From positions 1,263 to 65,262 of the forward strand of contig MHDZ01000015.1 in the NCBI GenBank assembly GCA_001805055.1: a stretch of DNA of 64,000 bases. The letters run 5' to 3'. How positions within the stretch are numbered: the first letter of the stretch is position 1; each line of letters begins with the position of its first letter. The translations under genes and the position numbers were made by a program. This document shows, piece after piece, positions 16,287 through 24,712 of this stretch. This stretch comes from Nitrospirae bacterium GWC2_57_13. GTDB lineage: Bacteria > Nitrospirota > UBA9217. The notes under the pieces were generated by a model. The model was not told where the DNA came from, did no database searches, and saw only the letters and a program-made list of their open reading frames with translations.

Positions 16287-17861
16287 TCACTTCCCTTTTC
16301 CCGCCCCAGGGGCCCGAACGCTCACTCCACGCGCCTTGAGCATCTCGATCACTTGCTCTTTCCAGCGCTGTTGTGCGTGTCCGGCAGGGACCTGGACGGA
16401 ATTCACCACCGCGGCGAGATCTTGCAGGTTTTTATTCAGTCCCCGTTCGAGCAGGTAGGCCGCGAGCTCGAGCCGGCCTTTTTGCACGGCCTCTTCCGCG
16501 GCGGAATCCCTGCTCCACCGGTGAATGTTGATGTTCGCCCCGTGTTTGAGCAGGAGATCTATGCCTTCTTTTCCCCCGGTTCGGACAACGGCATACAGAA
16601 GCGGATCGCCCTCGGGTCCGTACAGGTTGGGATCGCCGCCGCGCCCGAGCAGCAGCTCGAGCAGCTTCAGGTCTCCCTTCGCGGCAGAGGTGTACATGGC
16701 CGAGCGTCCCTTCTGGTCTTTGTAGTTCGGATCAGCGCCCAGCTTGAGCAGGTATTCCGCGCCCCTGAGGCTGCCCGCTGTTGCCAGCCGCATGAGCGGC
16801 GTTGCGCCGTCAATGCCGACCATGTTCACGTGCGCCCCTTCGCGAAGCAGGCTGTCAACGCCTTTGAAGTCGCCCCGGGCGGCCTGCTCGACGATCTTCG
16901 CCACGAGCTCGTCTCCATGCTCCAGCAGCCAGGCGTTATAGGCGTCTTTGGCGTCGCCATCGTATTCGCGGAGCCAAGCCTCGCGCTTCGCGCGGTCCGG
17001 CATGACCTTTTCGAGGTACAGGCTGTAGTAGGCGTTCATGCCGTAACCATACTTCTGAATATAGGCATCACGAGCGCGAGAGTCAGGAAAGGCCCGTTCC
17101 AGCTCCTTCTGCAAGGCCGCAGAGTCCGGCTGACGGGACAAGCCGGCGATAAAAACGGGGAACTTGACCCCTCGCGCCCTGAGCATCTCGATCACCTTTT
17201 CTTTTGTTCGCTGCTGCTTTGACTCTTTGGGAACCTGTGTGATTTCCACGCCTTTTGCCAGGCCCCGCAGGTTATAGGTGAGACCGCGATCAAGGAAATA
17301 AACCACCAGGTCGAATCGGCCGAAGGTGAGGGCGTTGTCTGCTGCCGTGTGCTTCATCATGCCCGTGTGGCCGTTGATGTCCGCGCCGCGCTTAAGAAGA
17401 ATTTCGATGTTCTTCTCGCGCAACTGGCTGACGGCAATGTGCAACATCGGCTCATCGTGCTCCCCTCCGCGCAGGTTCGGGTCGCCCCCGTACTTGAGAA
17501 TGAGTTCGAGGAAATCCGGCCTGTCGCCTCCTGCCGCAAGGTACATAGCCGATATGCCGCGCTTGGCGTCCTCGTAGTTCGGATTCGCCCCTGCCTTGAG
17601 CAGATGTTCCATGCCCTTGAAATTGCGCGTGCCCATCACCCACAGAAGCGGCGTGATCCCGTCCCTGCCGACCGCGTTGACGTCGGCGCCGGCACGGATC
17701 TGCGCATCAACTTCCTGAAGGTCGCCGTGACTCGCGGTATCGACAAGCCTGGCCACGCGCTCGTCCGGGAATGCCTCTTTGACCGTCATGCCGCCGAATT
17801 TCTTTTCCCAGAAGCCGGCGAGCAATGCCGGAATGATCATCAAAAGTAGTATTTTTTTCAT
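16287..17861 (-). CDS. Ankyrin-repeat protein with N-terminal signal peptide (two 4-5-repeat ANK blocks separated by a helical linker)
   Basis: MKKILLLMIIPALLAGFW signal. Multiple ANK repeats (DGITPLLWVMGTRNFKGMEHLLKAGANPN, GISAMYLAAGGDRPDFLELILKYGGDPN, DGATPLMRLATAGSLRGAEYLLKLGADPN and so on). Start re-assigned to ATG 17861. Confidence 0.85.
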   Translation of the reverse strand: MKKILLLMIIPALLAGFWEKKFGGMTVKEAFPDERVARLVDTASHGDLQEVDAQIRAGADVNAVGRDGITPLLWVMGTRNFKGMEHLLKAGANPNYEDAKRGISAMYLAAGGDRPDFLELILKYGGDPNLRGGEHDEPMLHIAVSQLREKNIEILLKRGADINGHTGMMKHTAADNALTFGRFDLVVYFLDRGLTYNLRGLAKGVEITQVPKESKQQRTKEKVIEMLRARGVKFPVFIAGLSRQPDSAALQKELERAFPDSRARDAYIQKYGYGMNAYYSLYLEKVMPDRAKREAWLREYDGDAKDAYNAWLLEHGDELVAKIVEQAARGDFKGVDSLLREGAHVNMVGIDGATPLMRLATAGSLRGAEYLLKLGADPNYKDQKGRSAMYTSAAKGDLKLLELLLGRGGDPNLYGPEGDPLLYAVVRTGGKEGIDLLLKHGANINIHRWSRDSAAEEAVQKGRLELAAYLLERGLNKNLQDLAAVVNSVQVPAGHAQQRWKEQVIEMLKARGVSVRAPGAGKGK

Positions 17862-17952
17862 ATGGTATGCCCCTTGTTTACTCACTTACTTAATGCTTTT
17901 CGCCATCGTTCACTCCGGCGCCATGAGCCTTTTTACCCGGTCGTGGCTGCCA

Positions 17953-18234
17953 TCAATCCCTACAAGGGCCTTCGTCCACGAGTTCCTTCGTGATATATAC
18001 GTCCCGGCCGCCTTTTTCATCGGCTGTCCCGTCGCTGCCGCCTTGAGAAGCGCGTCGGGCTCCTTCTTCGAGATCGTCACCCGGATCGTGCTCCTCCATC
18101 TCCTTGACGGCCTTCTCATACTCCGGCCTGTAGACGATCTTCTTCTGCTTGATCATCTCTTTGGCGCTCAGCCACGCGCCGCGTTGACGTTCCAGATCCA
18201 GGAGCATCACCGGATCAAGTCTCTTATAAAGCAC
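17953..18234 (-). CDS. Small hypothetical protein (93 aa, GTG start), possibly the 3' part of a frameshifted or decayed gene
   Basis: Charged, non-low-complexity ORF. Its frame continues upstream without ATG to a TAG at ~18338. An adjacent frame encodes MYDSDFNRFCRGTGAHSEAVEYFQVHSGR* ending at ~18309. No SD. Confidence 0.3.
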   Translation of the reverse strand: MLYKRLDPVMLLDLERQRGAWLSAKEMIKQKKIVYRPEYEKAVKEMEEHDPGDDLEEGARRASQGGSDGTADEKGGRDVYITKELVDEGPCRD

Positions 18235-18465
18235 TCTCCGTTCTTCGGGAGTGAGCTTGGGGAAGTCGGCCCAGAACCGGAAGTACTGCTCCTTTGTGAG
18301 TTGCGCGTCAACGGCCAGAATGGACTTGAAAATATTCTACTGCTTCGCTGTGAGCTCCTGTTCCCCGGCAAAACCGGTTGAAGTCGGAATCATACATATT
18401 GTGCAGATTCCTATAAGCGTTATAAGTGGCCGTTACATGAAATTTTTCTCCTGATGCTGATCCAA

Positions 18466-19848
18466 TCACTTCTTCTGCCACGTCTTTCCACCGTCCTTGC
18501 TCACATACAGGTCCTTCGGCCCGCCGAAACCAACGGCTCGATCTCCACACTCGGTCGAGAGGTTGAGGCCCTCATTGTCGAGGAACCTGATATGCGCGCA
18601 GTTCGGCGTGGGCATGGAGCGCGGGTCCCAGGCCGTTTTCCCCGCAGCGCGGAAAAAGAACGGCCGCTTCTCGGTCTCCATATAGAAGGAGATCTCGCGC
18701 TCCGCGAACAGGCCCGCGGGCTTCTCACGCAGCAGTCCTATGCTTTTTATCTCTACGGGAAGTTCCACGGATTTGAATTCGGTCCGGCCGTAGGCACTGA
18801 ACAGCGCAAGGGGCGGCGTAGCGATGTAAGCATAATACCCCGTTGCTCCCGGCGAGACCTTCGCGTCCGATTTTTTCTCGGTCACGGACCCAAGGTACGA
18901 CTGCCACCGGTCCCCGTTGCTCGTACTGGCGTAGATCTCCAGCTTGTCGTCAACGATGACGAGGTCGCTCGTCCCCAGCGCATACACCTTGCCTGCCCGC
19001 AGTCCGTCAGGCGTCCGCTTCTCCGCGACCTTGCCGTTCTGGACGAAAAAGAGTCGGTTGTTCTTCGTCAGGAAGGCAAACCGGTCCTTCACGTAGTTCG
19101 GCGATTCGCTCTGGAGACTTGAAACCGTAGGAACGTCTATGAGTCTAACGCCGCTGACCTTGCCGTCCTTGTTTTTCTGCACTTCCGCCAGCGTACCCAC
19201 ATCCCCGGCTACATAGGTGGCATAACCGCCCGAAGAGGCCGCATCTTTTATTGCGATCTCCTTCCGCAGCGCCTCGAGCAGATTGGCCGGCATCAGATCG
19301 CCCGGGGCGAGGGTCATCGTGTCGGTCCTGAGCTTCTGCGCGAGCAGCGGATAGCCGCTCTTCAGAAAATGCTTCATATCCGATGTGTTGTCGACAAAGA
19401 GACGCATGAACTTCTTCTGTTCCTTGTCGCCCGGATCGGGATAGAGGACGATCAGCCCGAGGTTCGTTATCTCCTTCGACCGCACCACGAATTTCCGCTT
19501 GACCGGCAGCGTGGTCGTGTTCATCGTCGTGACCGTATAGCCGCCATATGAACTCGATCCGCCGTAGGACTCGCTGTACAGGCCGCTGAGCTCATATTCT
19601 CCCGGACTCAAAGGAAACGCGATGAACCCGTTCACTACCTTGCCTTTCTTCCGGTTATTGATCAGAACCTCTTTATAGATCGACCATTGCCACAGCCGGC
19701 CGATGCCCACCACCTGGCCGACCACGAGCCCCTTGTCCCCGATGTCCTCGGGCAGGTCGGGCCGGTAATCCGGCAGGCTTACGCAACCCGTCAGGAGCAC
19801 CATGCTGAGTGCACCCAGCATGACGAATAAGATCAACCGTTTTCTCAT
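18466..19848 (-). CDS. Lipoprotein with BNR/Asp-box repeats (beta-propeller-like), tandem paralogue A
   Basis: MRKRLILFVMLGALSMVLLTGC has a lipobox. Asp-box motifs STSNGDRW and SKDGGKTW. About 45% identical to the downstream gene. SD GGGGGAAG. Confidence 0.75.
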   Translation of the reverse strand: MRKRLILFVMLGALSMVLLTGCVSLPDYRPDLPEDIGDKGLVVGQVVGIGRLWQWSIYKEVLINNRKKGKVVNGFIAFPLSPGEYELSGLYSESYGGSSSYGGYTVTTMNTTTLPVKRKFVVRSKEITNLGLIVLYPDPGDKEQKKFMRLFVDNTSDMKHFLKSGYPLLAQKLRTDTMTLAPGDLMPANLLEALRKEIAIKDAASSGGYATYVAGDVGTLAEVQKNKDGKVSGVRLIDVPTVSSLQSESPNYVKDRFAFLTKNNRLFFVQNGKVAEKRTPDGLRAGKVYALGTSDLVIVDDKLEIYASTSNGDRWQSYLGSVTEKKSDAKVSPGATGYYAYIATPPLALFSAYGRTEFKSVELPVEIKSIGLLREKPAGLFAEREISFYMETEKRPFFFRAAGKTAWDPRSMPTPNCAHIRFLDNEGLNLSTECGDRAVGFGGPKDLYVSKDGGKTWQKK

Positions 19849-19898
19849 GAGCTTCCCCCTTTCGTGTTTCTGCGTGCCGCAAGAAACGCGGCACCAGC

Positions 19899-21260
19899 CT
19901 ACTTCTTCGTCCATCGGCGGCCGCCGTCGCTGCTCTGGAACGTCTCCTTAAGACAGAGGGTCTCCAGGTTATTGCCTGCATCATCGAGGAATCTGATTCC
20001 ATAACAGGAGATCATGGGCATGGCTCTTGTTTCCCAAGGCGACGCTGCATCCTTCTTTACATAGAAGGGAAAGGGCGTGTTCTTGGTCCAGGCAGTTATG
20101 TGCGTTTCGACGAACAGGCCGGCCTTCTTTTCCGTGACAGTCTGGATATTGCCGAGCTTTTCCGGAAGCACAAGCTTCGCGAGCTCCGTCTTGCCGTAGG
20201 CGCCCGCGATCAGGACCGGAGGGTAGGTGCTGTAGACATAGTAGGAGCGTTCACCTGTCACGAACTTCCTCTTTACAGGCTCTTTTACCACAAAGCCTTC
20301 ACTCGACTTCCACGTCTCTCCGTTGTCGTTGCTCACGTAGATCTCCAGGAGGTCGTCCACGATCACGATGTCCTTGCTGCCCAGGGCGTAGAGGTTACCG
20401 TCGCGCAGGGCCGCCGGCGGCCGCTTCTCTTTCACCGCGCCGCCCGTGACGAGGAACAGCCTGTTGTTCGCCGTCATAAAAACCAGCCGATCGCTATTGT
20501 GGTCCGACGACTTGGACACGATGTTCGACAAGGTTTCCACATCGAGCACTTGCACATCAGAGATCTTGCCGTCCTTGCCCCTCTTCACCTTCGCCACCGT
20601 GCCCACGTTCCCGGCAACATAGTCCGCAGCAGCGCGCGACGCAACAAATTCCTTGAGAGCAATGTCCCTCCTGAGCGCCTGCAGCAGCTTGGGGTCCTTC
20701 AAGTACTCTCCGGCCGACAGCGTCATTGCATCGACCTTCATGCTGGCTGAAAGCGCTGGATAGAAGGTCTTCAGAAAGCGCTTCATGTCGTCCCTGTTGT
20801 CGATGAAGAACCGGAAGAACCGCTTGTTTTCCTTGTCCTCGGGATCGGGGTACAGGAGAATGAGGCCGATGTTCGTGACCTCTCCCGGCCAAATGGTGAA
20901 CTTCCGGTTCAGCGGCATGGTCGTTGAATACTTCGTGGTATATGTCACGTTCCCGTTCGTGGTCGATCCACCATAGGTTACATAGTTCAAAGCATCGAGA
21001 GAATATTCGCCCTTGTCGAAAGGAACGGCGATGAGCCCCTTTACCAGGCCGTTGGTATAGGTCTTCTTGCCTATCACGATATTCCCGCTGTTCGTGGACC
21101 AGCCGGACAGCCGGTTGATGCCGACCACCTCTCCCACCACGATCCCTTTACCGCCGATCTCCTCGGGCAGTTCCGGCCGGTACTTCGGCGCAACAGAACA
21201 CCCGGCAAACATAATGATAGACAGTACGAGCACGCCCAACCCTGGTCCGCGTGTCATCAT
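19899..21260 (-). CDS. Lipoprotein with BNR/Asp-box repeats, tandem paralogue B
   Basis: MMTRGPGLGVLVLSIIMFAGCS has a lipobox. Asp-box motifs SNDNGETW and SSDGGRRW. Collinear with paralogue A. SD GGAGGAGA with an 8-nt spacer. Confidence 0.75.
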   Translation of the reverse strand: MMTRGPGLGVLVLSIIMFAGCSVAPKYRPELPEEIGGKGIVVGEVVGINRLSGWSTNSGNIVIGKKTYTNGLVKGLIAVPFDKGEYSLDALNYVTYGGSTTNGNVTYTTKYSTTMPLNRKFTIWPGEVTNIGLILLYPDPEDKENKRFFRFFIDNRDDMKRFLKTFYPALSASMKVDAMTLSAGEYLKDPKLLQALRRDIALKEFVASRAAADYVAGNVGTVAKVKRGKDGKISDVQVLDVETLSNIVSKSSDHNSDRLVFMTANNRLFLVTGGAVKEKRPPAALRDGNLYALGSKDIVIVDDLLEIYVSNDNGETWKSSEGFVVKEPVKRKFVTGERSYYVYSTYPPVLIAGAYGKTELAKLVLPEKLGNIQTVTEKKAGLFVETHITAWTKNTPFPFYVKKDAASPWETRAMPMISCYGIRFLDDAGNNLETLCLKETFQSSDGGRRWTKK

Positions 21261-21412
21261 GATCTGTATCTCCTCCATCATCCGGACATATTTTTTTCAG
21301 TATCGCCGACGATGGATGCCAGGTCAAGGTAATTTTCACATTTTCTTGAGGAGACCGCGAACAGCGGCCCGGTGTTTGCCTGAAAAGCTGCAACAGAATG
21401 CGCGATAAGGGC

Positions 21413-21449
21413 AAAAAAAACAGCGGGAACCTGATAATGGTCCCCGCTG
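21413..21449 (-). terminator. Rho-independent terminator (minus strand)
   Basis: Stem CAGCGGG/CCCGCTG (21421-21427 and 21443-21449) with a 14-nt loop, followed on the minus strand by a run of 8 U (A8 at 21413-21420 on plus). Confidence 0.45.
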
Positions 21450-21615
21450 ATGCGGCATGCCGCGCGATGGTGATCCTCGTGAGAGATCCTTTTGCCGATT
21501 CTTTATCCTCTTTAACGGCATTTGGACGCAGATGAACGCTGATAAATCAAGCAGAAGCCCATGATGAAACCTCGCCAAACAGACGACCGTCAACCATGAT
21601 TCGAGCTCCTGAAAA

Positions 21616-21642
21616 ATCCGTGTTCATCCGTGTCAATCCGTG
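21616..21642. promoter_or_regulatory. Three ATCCGTG direct repeats with 10-bp phasing (candidate transcription-factor binding array)
   Basis: aATCCGTGttcATCCGTGtcaATCCGTGgac. On the minus strand the array abuts a TTGACA hexamer. The 15-mer CCGTGTTCATCCGTG recurs at 38985-38999. Confidence 0.4.
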
Positions 21643-21702
21643 GACAAATGCTATTTTTTGCTTTATCACTGCTTCAACCCGCGACGTGCGATAGCGCGTC
21701 TA

Positions 21703-22239
21703 TCACAGGTCCGCGCTGCGAAGCAGCCCGACGATGCCTCGCTGCTCTTCAAGTGACAGCCTGCCCGTAGAGCGAATACCGCGGACATACTGCTTCACGC
21801 GGTCCCAATCCCGCGCAACCAGCTCCATCATGTACTCCCGCTGCCGGAGGGCATCCTGTTGATAACAAGCCTGCTGCATATTCTGCTCAATGGCGCTTAT
21901 GAGCCAGACAGCATCGAATACTCGCCAGATGCCTTCTTCACGCCGCAGGTTCTCATGGACCACCGGCGCAACCTCATATACGCAGATGCGTTCGAGCTCC
22001 TGCCAGTCGAACCGCGAGCGCGCCAGGATCCACGCAAGATCCTGCAGGTCCCGCTCAACCAGCACCTGGGCGAGCCAGAGGCGCGAGATCGCCCGCCATA
22101 CGGGCAGGCGCTCGTCCAGCTCACGGTTGGTGAACGGAAGGGCCCTCGCCGGGCAAATCGGGCACGTGTCCTTTGCCGCGTCCTCCCTGATGGGACCCAT
22201 CATCCCTTCGATCATTTTATCGATATCTTCGAGCACCAT
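21703..22239 (-). CDS. Hypothetical protein (178 aa)
   Basis: ATG start with SD AGGGGA. Contains CPICP and Trp-rich helical segments. No recognisable domain. Confidence 0.6.
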   Translation of the reverse strand: MVLEDIDKMIEGMMGPIREDAAKDTCPICPARALPFTNRELDERLPVWRAISRLWLAQVLVERDLQDLAWILARSRFDWQELERICVYEVAPVVHENLRREEGIWRVFDAVWLISAIEQNMQQACYQQDALRQREYMMELVARDWDRVKQYVRGIRSTGRLSLEEQRGIVGLLRSADL

Positions 22240-22424
22240 GTCCTTATCCCCTCTCCTGCAACTCTTTTTCGTCGCTGCAGCTCATGCCTGACCATGCGGT
22301 GAAATTTCACCTGAATGCCGTGCGTTCATGCACGTTGTTCCTTGCTCACACTATTACAAACAATCGTCTCGAACTCAAGGTACTATTCCCCGATCGAAAA
22401 ATTTATTTTTATACGATACGTGAT

Positions 22425-22448
22425 TATTCACTCACCGCCTGGTGAATA
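22425..22448. promoter_or_regulatory. Perfect 7-bp inverted repeat TATTCAC-N10-GTGAATA in the divergent ald intergenic region
   Basis: Located about 190 bp upstream of both the ald ATG (22636, plus) and the 21703..22239 gene start (minus). Candidate dimeric regulator site. Confidence 0.3.
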
Positions 22449-22635
22449 GTCCCATGAACCCGCACACAGTCCGCGCATGATCAATCCGATTGAAACAAAC
22501 GCGGGGCCATGATACTATGATGTCTGTCGCTGCGAGAGCACCCTGCTCTTGACTCATACCGCACGCCCGCCTGGAAGCCGTTCTTCGGCGTGGCGCAGCA
22601 GATAGTCCTTCGACCATTCCTCACAGGAGACGATC

Positions 22636-23727
22636 ATGATCATCGGCGTACCTAAGGAGATCAAGGCGGAAGAATTCCGTGTGGCAATAACGCCTGCGGG
22701 AGTCATGGAACTGGCTGCTGACAGCCATCAGGTTCTGATCGAACCGAAGGCAGGAGAAGGCAGCGGCTTTTTGGACGAGGAATATCAATCTGCCGGCGCT
22801 AACATCACTGACCGCGAGAATCTCTTCCGGAAGGCAGATCTGATCGTAAAGGTCAAGGAGCCGGTGTCGCAGGAGTACGAGCTTCTGAGGGAGGACGGAG
22901 CGGTCTTCACCTATCTCCACCTCGCGCCGAACAAAGAGCTGACCGAAGTGCTCCTCAAAAAGAAGATCACCGGACTTGCCTACGAAACGCTCGAAAAGGA
23001 CGGCGGCCTGCCGCTCCTTGCGCCCATGAGCGAGGTGGCGGGACGGATGGCCACCCTCATGGGCGCTTTTTATCTCCAAAAGTTCAGGGGGAGGTCAGGT
23101 GTGCTCGCAACAGGCGTGGGAGGGGTGAAGCCGGGCAGGGCGGTCATCCTGGGCGCGGGCGTGGTGGGGCTGAACGCCGCGCGGGTGGCGGTGGGGCTCG
23201 GTATGGAAACGGTGGTCCTGAACAAGGGCGAGGATCGGCTGCGGCGGATCGATGAGATATTCCTCGGGAGGGTGGAGACCGTGAACCTCACGCGCCAGGC
23301 TGTAGCTGAAGAGATCCGACACGCCGACATCGTGATCGGCGCGATCCTTGTGCCCGGCGGCAGGACGCCGGTCTTCATCACCCGGGAGATGCTCAAGACC
23401 ATGCGCAAAGGGTCTGTGATCGTTGACGTGTCCGTTGACCAGGGCGGGTGCTTTGAGACCACGAGACCCACGACCCACGACGACCCTGTGTACGAGGTGG
23501 ACGGCATCGTCCACTACTGCGTGGCGAACATGCCCGGCGCCTTCCCGCGCACCTCCACGCAGGCGCTCACGAACGCCACCCTTCCCTATGTGAAGCTCCT
23601 GGCAGGCACGGGGATCGAGAAGGCGATACAGGATAGCTCGGAGATCCAGAGCGCGCTGAATACCTACCAGGGAAAGATCATGAACAAGGCGCTGGAAGAG
23701 ACGCTAGAAGAGAGGGATGTTTTATAA
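22636..23727 (+). CDS. ald: Alanine dehydrogenase
   Basis: MIIGVPKEIKAEEFRVAITPAGV...GAGVVGLNAARVAVGLG...IGAILVPGGRTPVFITREM... is the full-length AlaDH/PNT family with an NAD Rossmann GxGxxG. SD AGGAGA with a 5-nt spacer. Confidence 0.9.
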   Translation: MIIGVPKEIKAEEFRVAITPAGVMELAADSHQVLIEPKAGEGSGFLDEEYQSAGANITDRENLFRKADLIVKVKEPVSQEYELLREDGAVFTYLHLAPNKELTEVLLKKKITGLAYETLEKDGGLPLLAPMSEVAGRMATLMGAFYLQKFRGRSGVLATGVGGVKPGRAVILGAGVVGLNAARVAVGLGMETVVLNKGEDRLRRIDEIFLGRVETVNLTRQAVAEEIRHADIVIGAILVPGGRTPVFITREMLKTMRKGSVIVDVSVDQGGCFETTRPTTHDDPVYEVDGIVHYCVANMPGAFPRTSTQALTNATLPYVKLLAGTGIEKAIQDSSEIQSALNTYQGKIMNKALEETLEERDVL

Positions 23728-23855
23728 CAACAGTATCGCGCACGGGAAGGACCAGCTCTCGCCGGTCTCGAACTATACTCTCTCCGGGGCTTTCCACCGG
23801 GGCTCGCGACAGCAATCGACTTCAGTGTCCTCCATGCCTTTACGTCTATCAGTCA

Positions 23856-24158
23856 TTATTCTCGTTCTTTCAGCCTCTCAGGGACGGCGGTGCTGCCGTG
23901 ACGGATGCGCTCCCGTGCCTCCTCGAGCTCATCCTCGCTGTACGCATAAGCAAGGCCAACGGAAAGGACATAGGGAAGCTGCTGTATCACCTTCATCCGC
24001 TCGATCTCCTCGTCGCCGTTGTTCCCCTCCACCGTCACGATGATCGTGCCCCCCGGGTCCTGGAAGAACACGTCGCAGAGTCCCGAGCGCTTCAGCGTCT
24101 CAGCGACCTCCTCCATCCGCTCCGGAGCTGTTTTGACTACCAGGCTCGATACGTTCAT
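23856..24158 (-). CDS. napD: NapD-like chaperone for periplasmic nitrate reductase
   Basis: 100 aa. N-terminal MNVSSLVV...G.CDVFFQDPGGTIIVTVEG...VIQQLPYVLSVGLAYAY fits the NapD beta-alpha-beta pattern. It is the last gene of the nap operon. Confidence 0.7.
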   Translation of the reverse strand: MNVSSLVVKTAPERMEEVAETLKRSGLCDVFFQDPGGTIIVTVEGNNGDEEIERMKVIQQLPYVLSVGLAYAYSEDELEEARERIRHGSTAVPERLKERE

Positions 24159-24160
24159 GA

Positions 24161-24709
24161 TCAGTCCGCCTTCACTCCTTCGTTCAGGTTTTCGAGCAGG
24201 TTTGAGCTCGTTTTCGCCTTCTTCGTTCGGAAGTCCGCCTTGAAGGTGTTCCTGATCGGCTCAGGGATGTTCACCTGGGGCACGTGGCATTGCATACAGT
24301 CAAAGCGTTTTCCATCCAGCTCGCCCTTCAGGTCCTTGCCCGTCTTGATATCGAAAAAATGCGACGTGGGAAGCGCCGTGGCGCCCATGGCCTCGGCAGC
24401 GGCGGGCATGTGACAGCCCATGCAGGAGTTGTTCGACTGGGCGATGGGCAGCATGCCGGTCAGGTCGTGGGGAATGAGCGGCGGACTGTTCTCGAAGGCA
24501 CGCCCGATCGGTTTGCTGGAGCCCGGATCCGCCTTCCCGTATTCACCATGGGCGGGCTTCACCGCCTTCTCATCGTAGAGCGTCTCATGCCTGATGCCGA
24601 TCTCTTCCTCGCTCTTCGCCTTATTGTCGGCAGCGCTGCCGACCGAGGCAAGACCGATGATGAGAACCGCGCAGAACAGGGCGATCGTGGTCTCTCGGAT
24701 TGCGTGCAT
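24161..24709 (-). CDS. napB: Periplasmic nitrate reductase dihaem cytochrome c subunit NapB
   Basis: Signal peptide, then two CxxCH motifs (CMGCH and CMQCH) with NapB-like spacing. SD AAGGAGG. Confidence 0.8.
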   Translation of the reverse strand: MHAIRETTIALFCAVLIIGLASVGSAADNKAKSEEEIGIRHETLYDEKAVKPAHGEYGKADPGSSKPIGRAFENSPPLIPHDLTGMLPIAQSNNSCMGCHMPAAAEAMGATALPTSHFFDIKTGKDLKGELDGKRFDCMQCHVPQVNIPEPIRNTFKADFRTKKAKTSSNLLENLNEGVKAD

Positions 24710-24712
24710 GGC

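Noticed and set aside
16353-17222. 289-aa plus-strand ORF
   Set aside because: It is antisense to the ankyrin-repeat gene, a shadow ORF.
21336-21593. 85-aa minus-strand ORF
   Set aside because: It reads straight through a strong intrinsic terminator hairpin and U-tract. Cys/Arg-rich with no SD. The region is better explained as a non-coding or sRNA locus.
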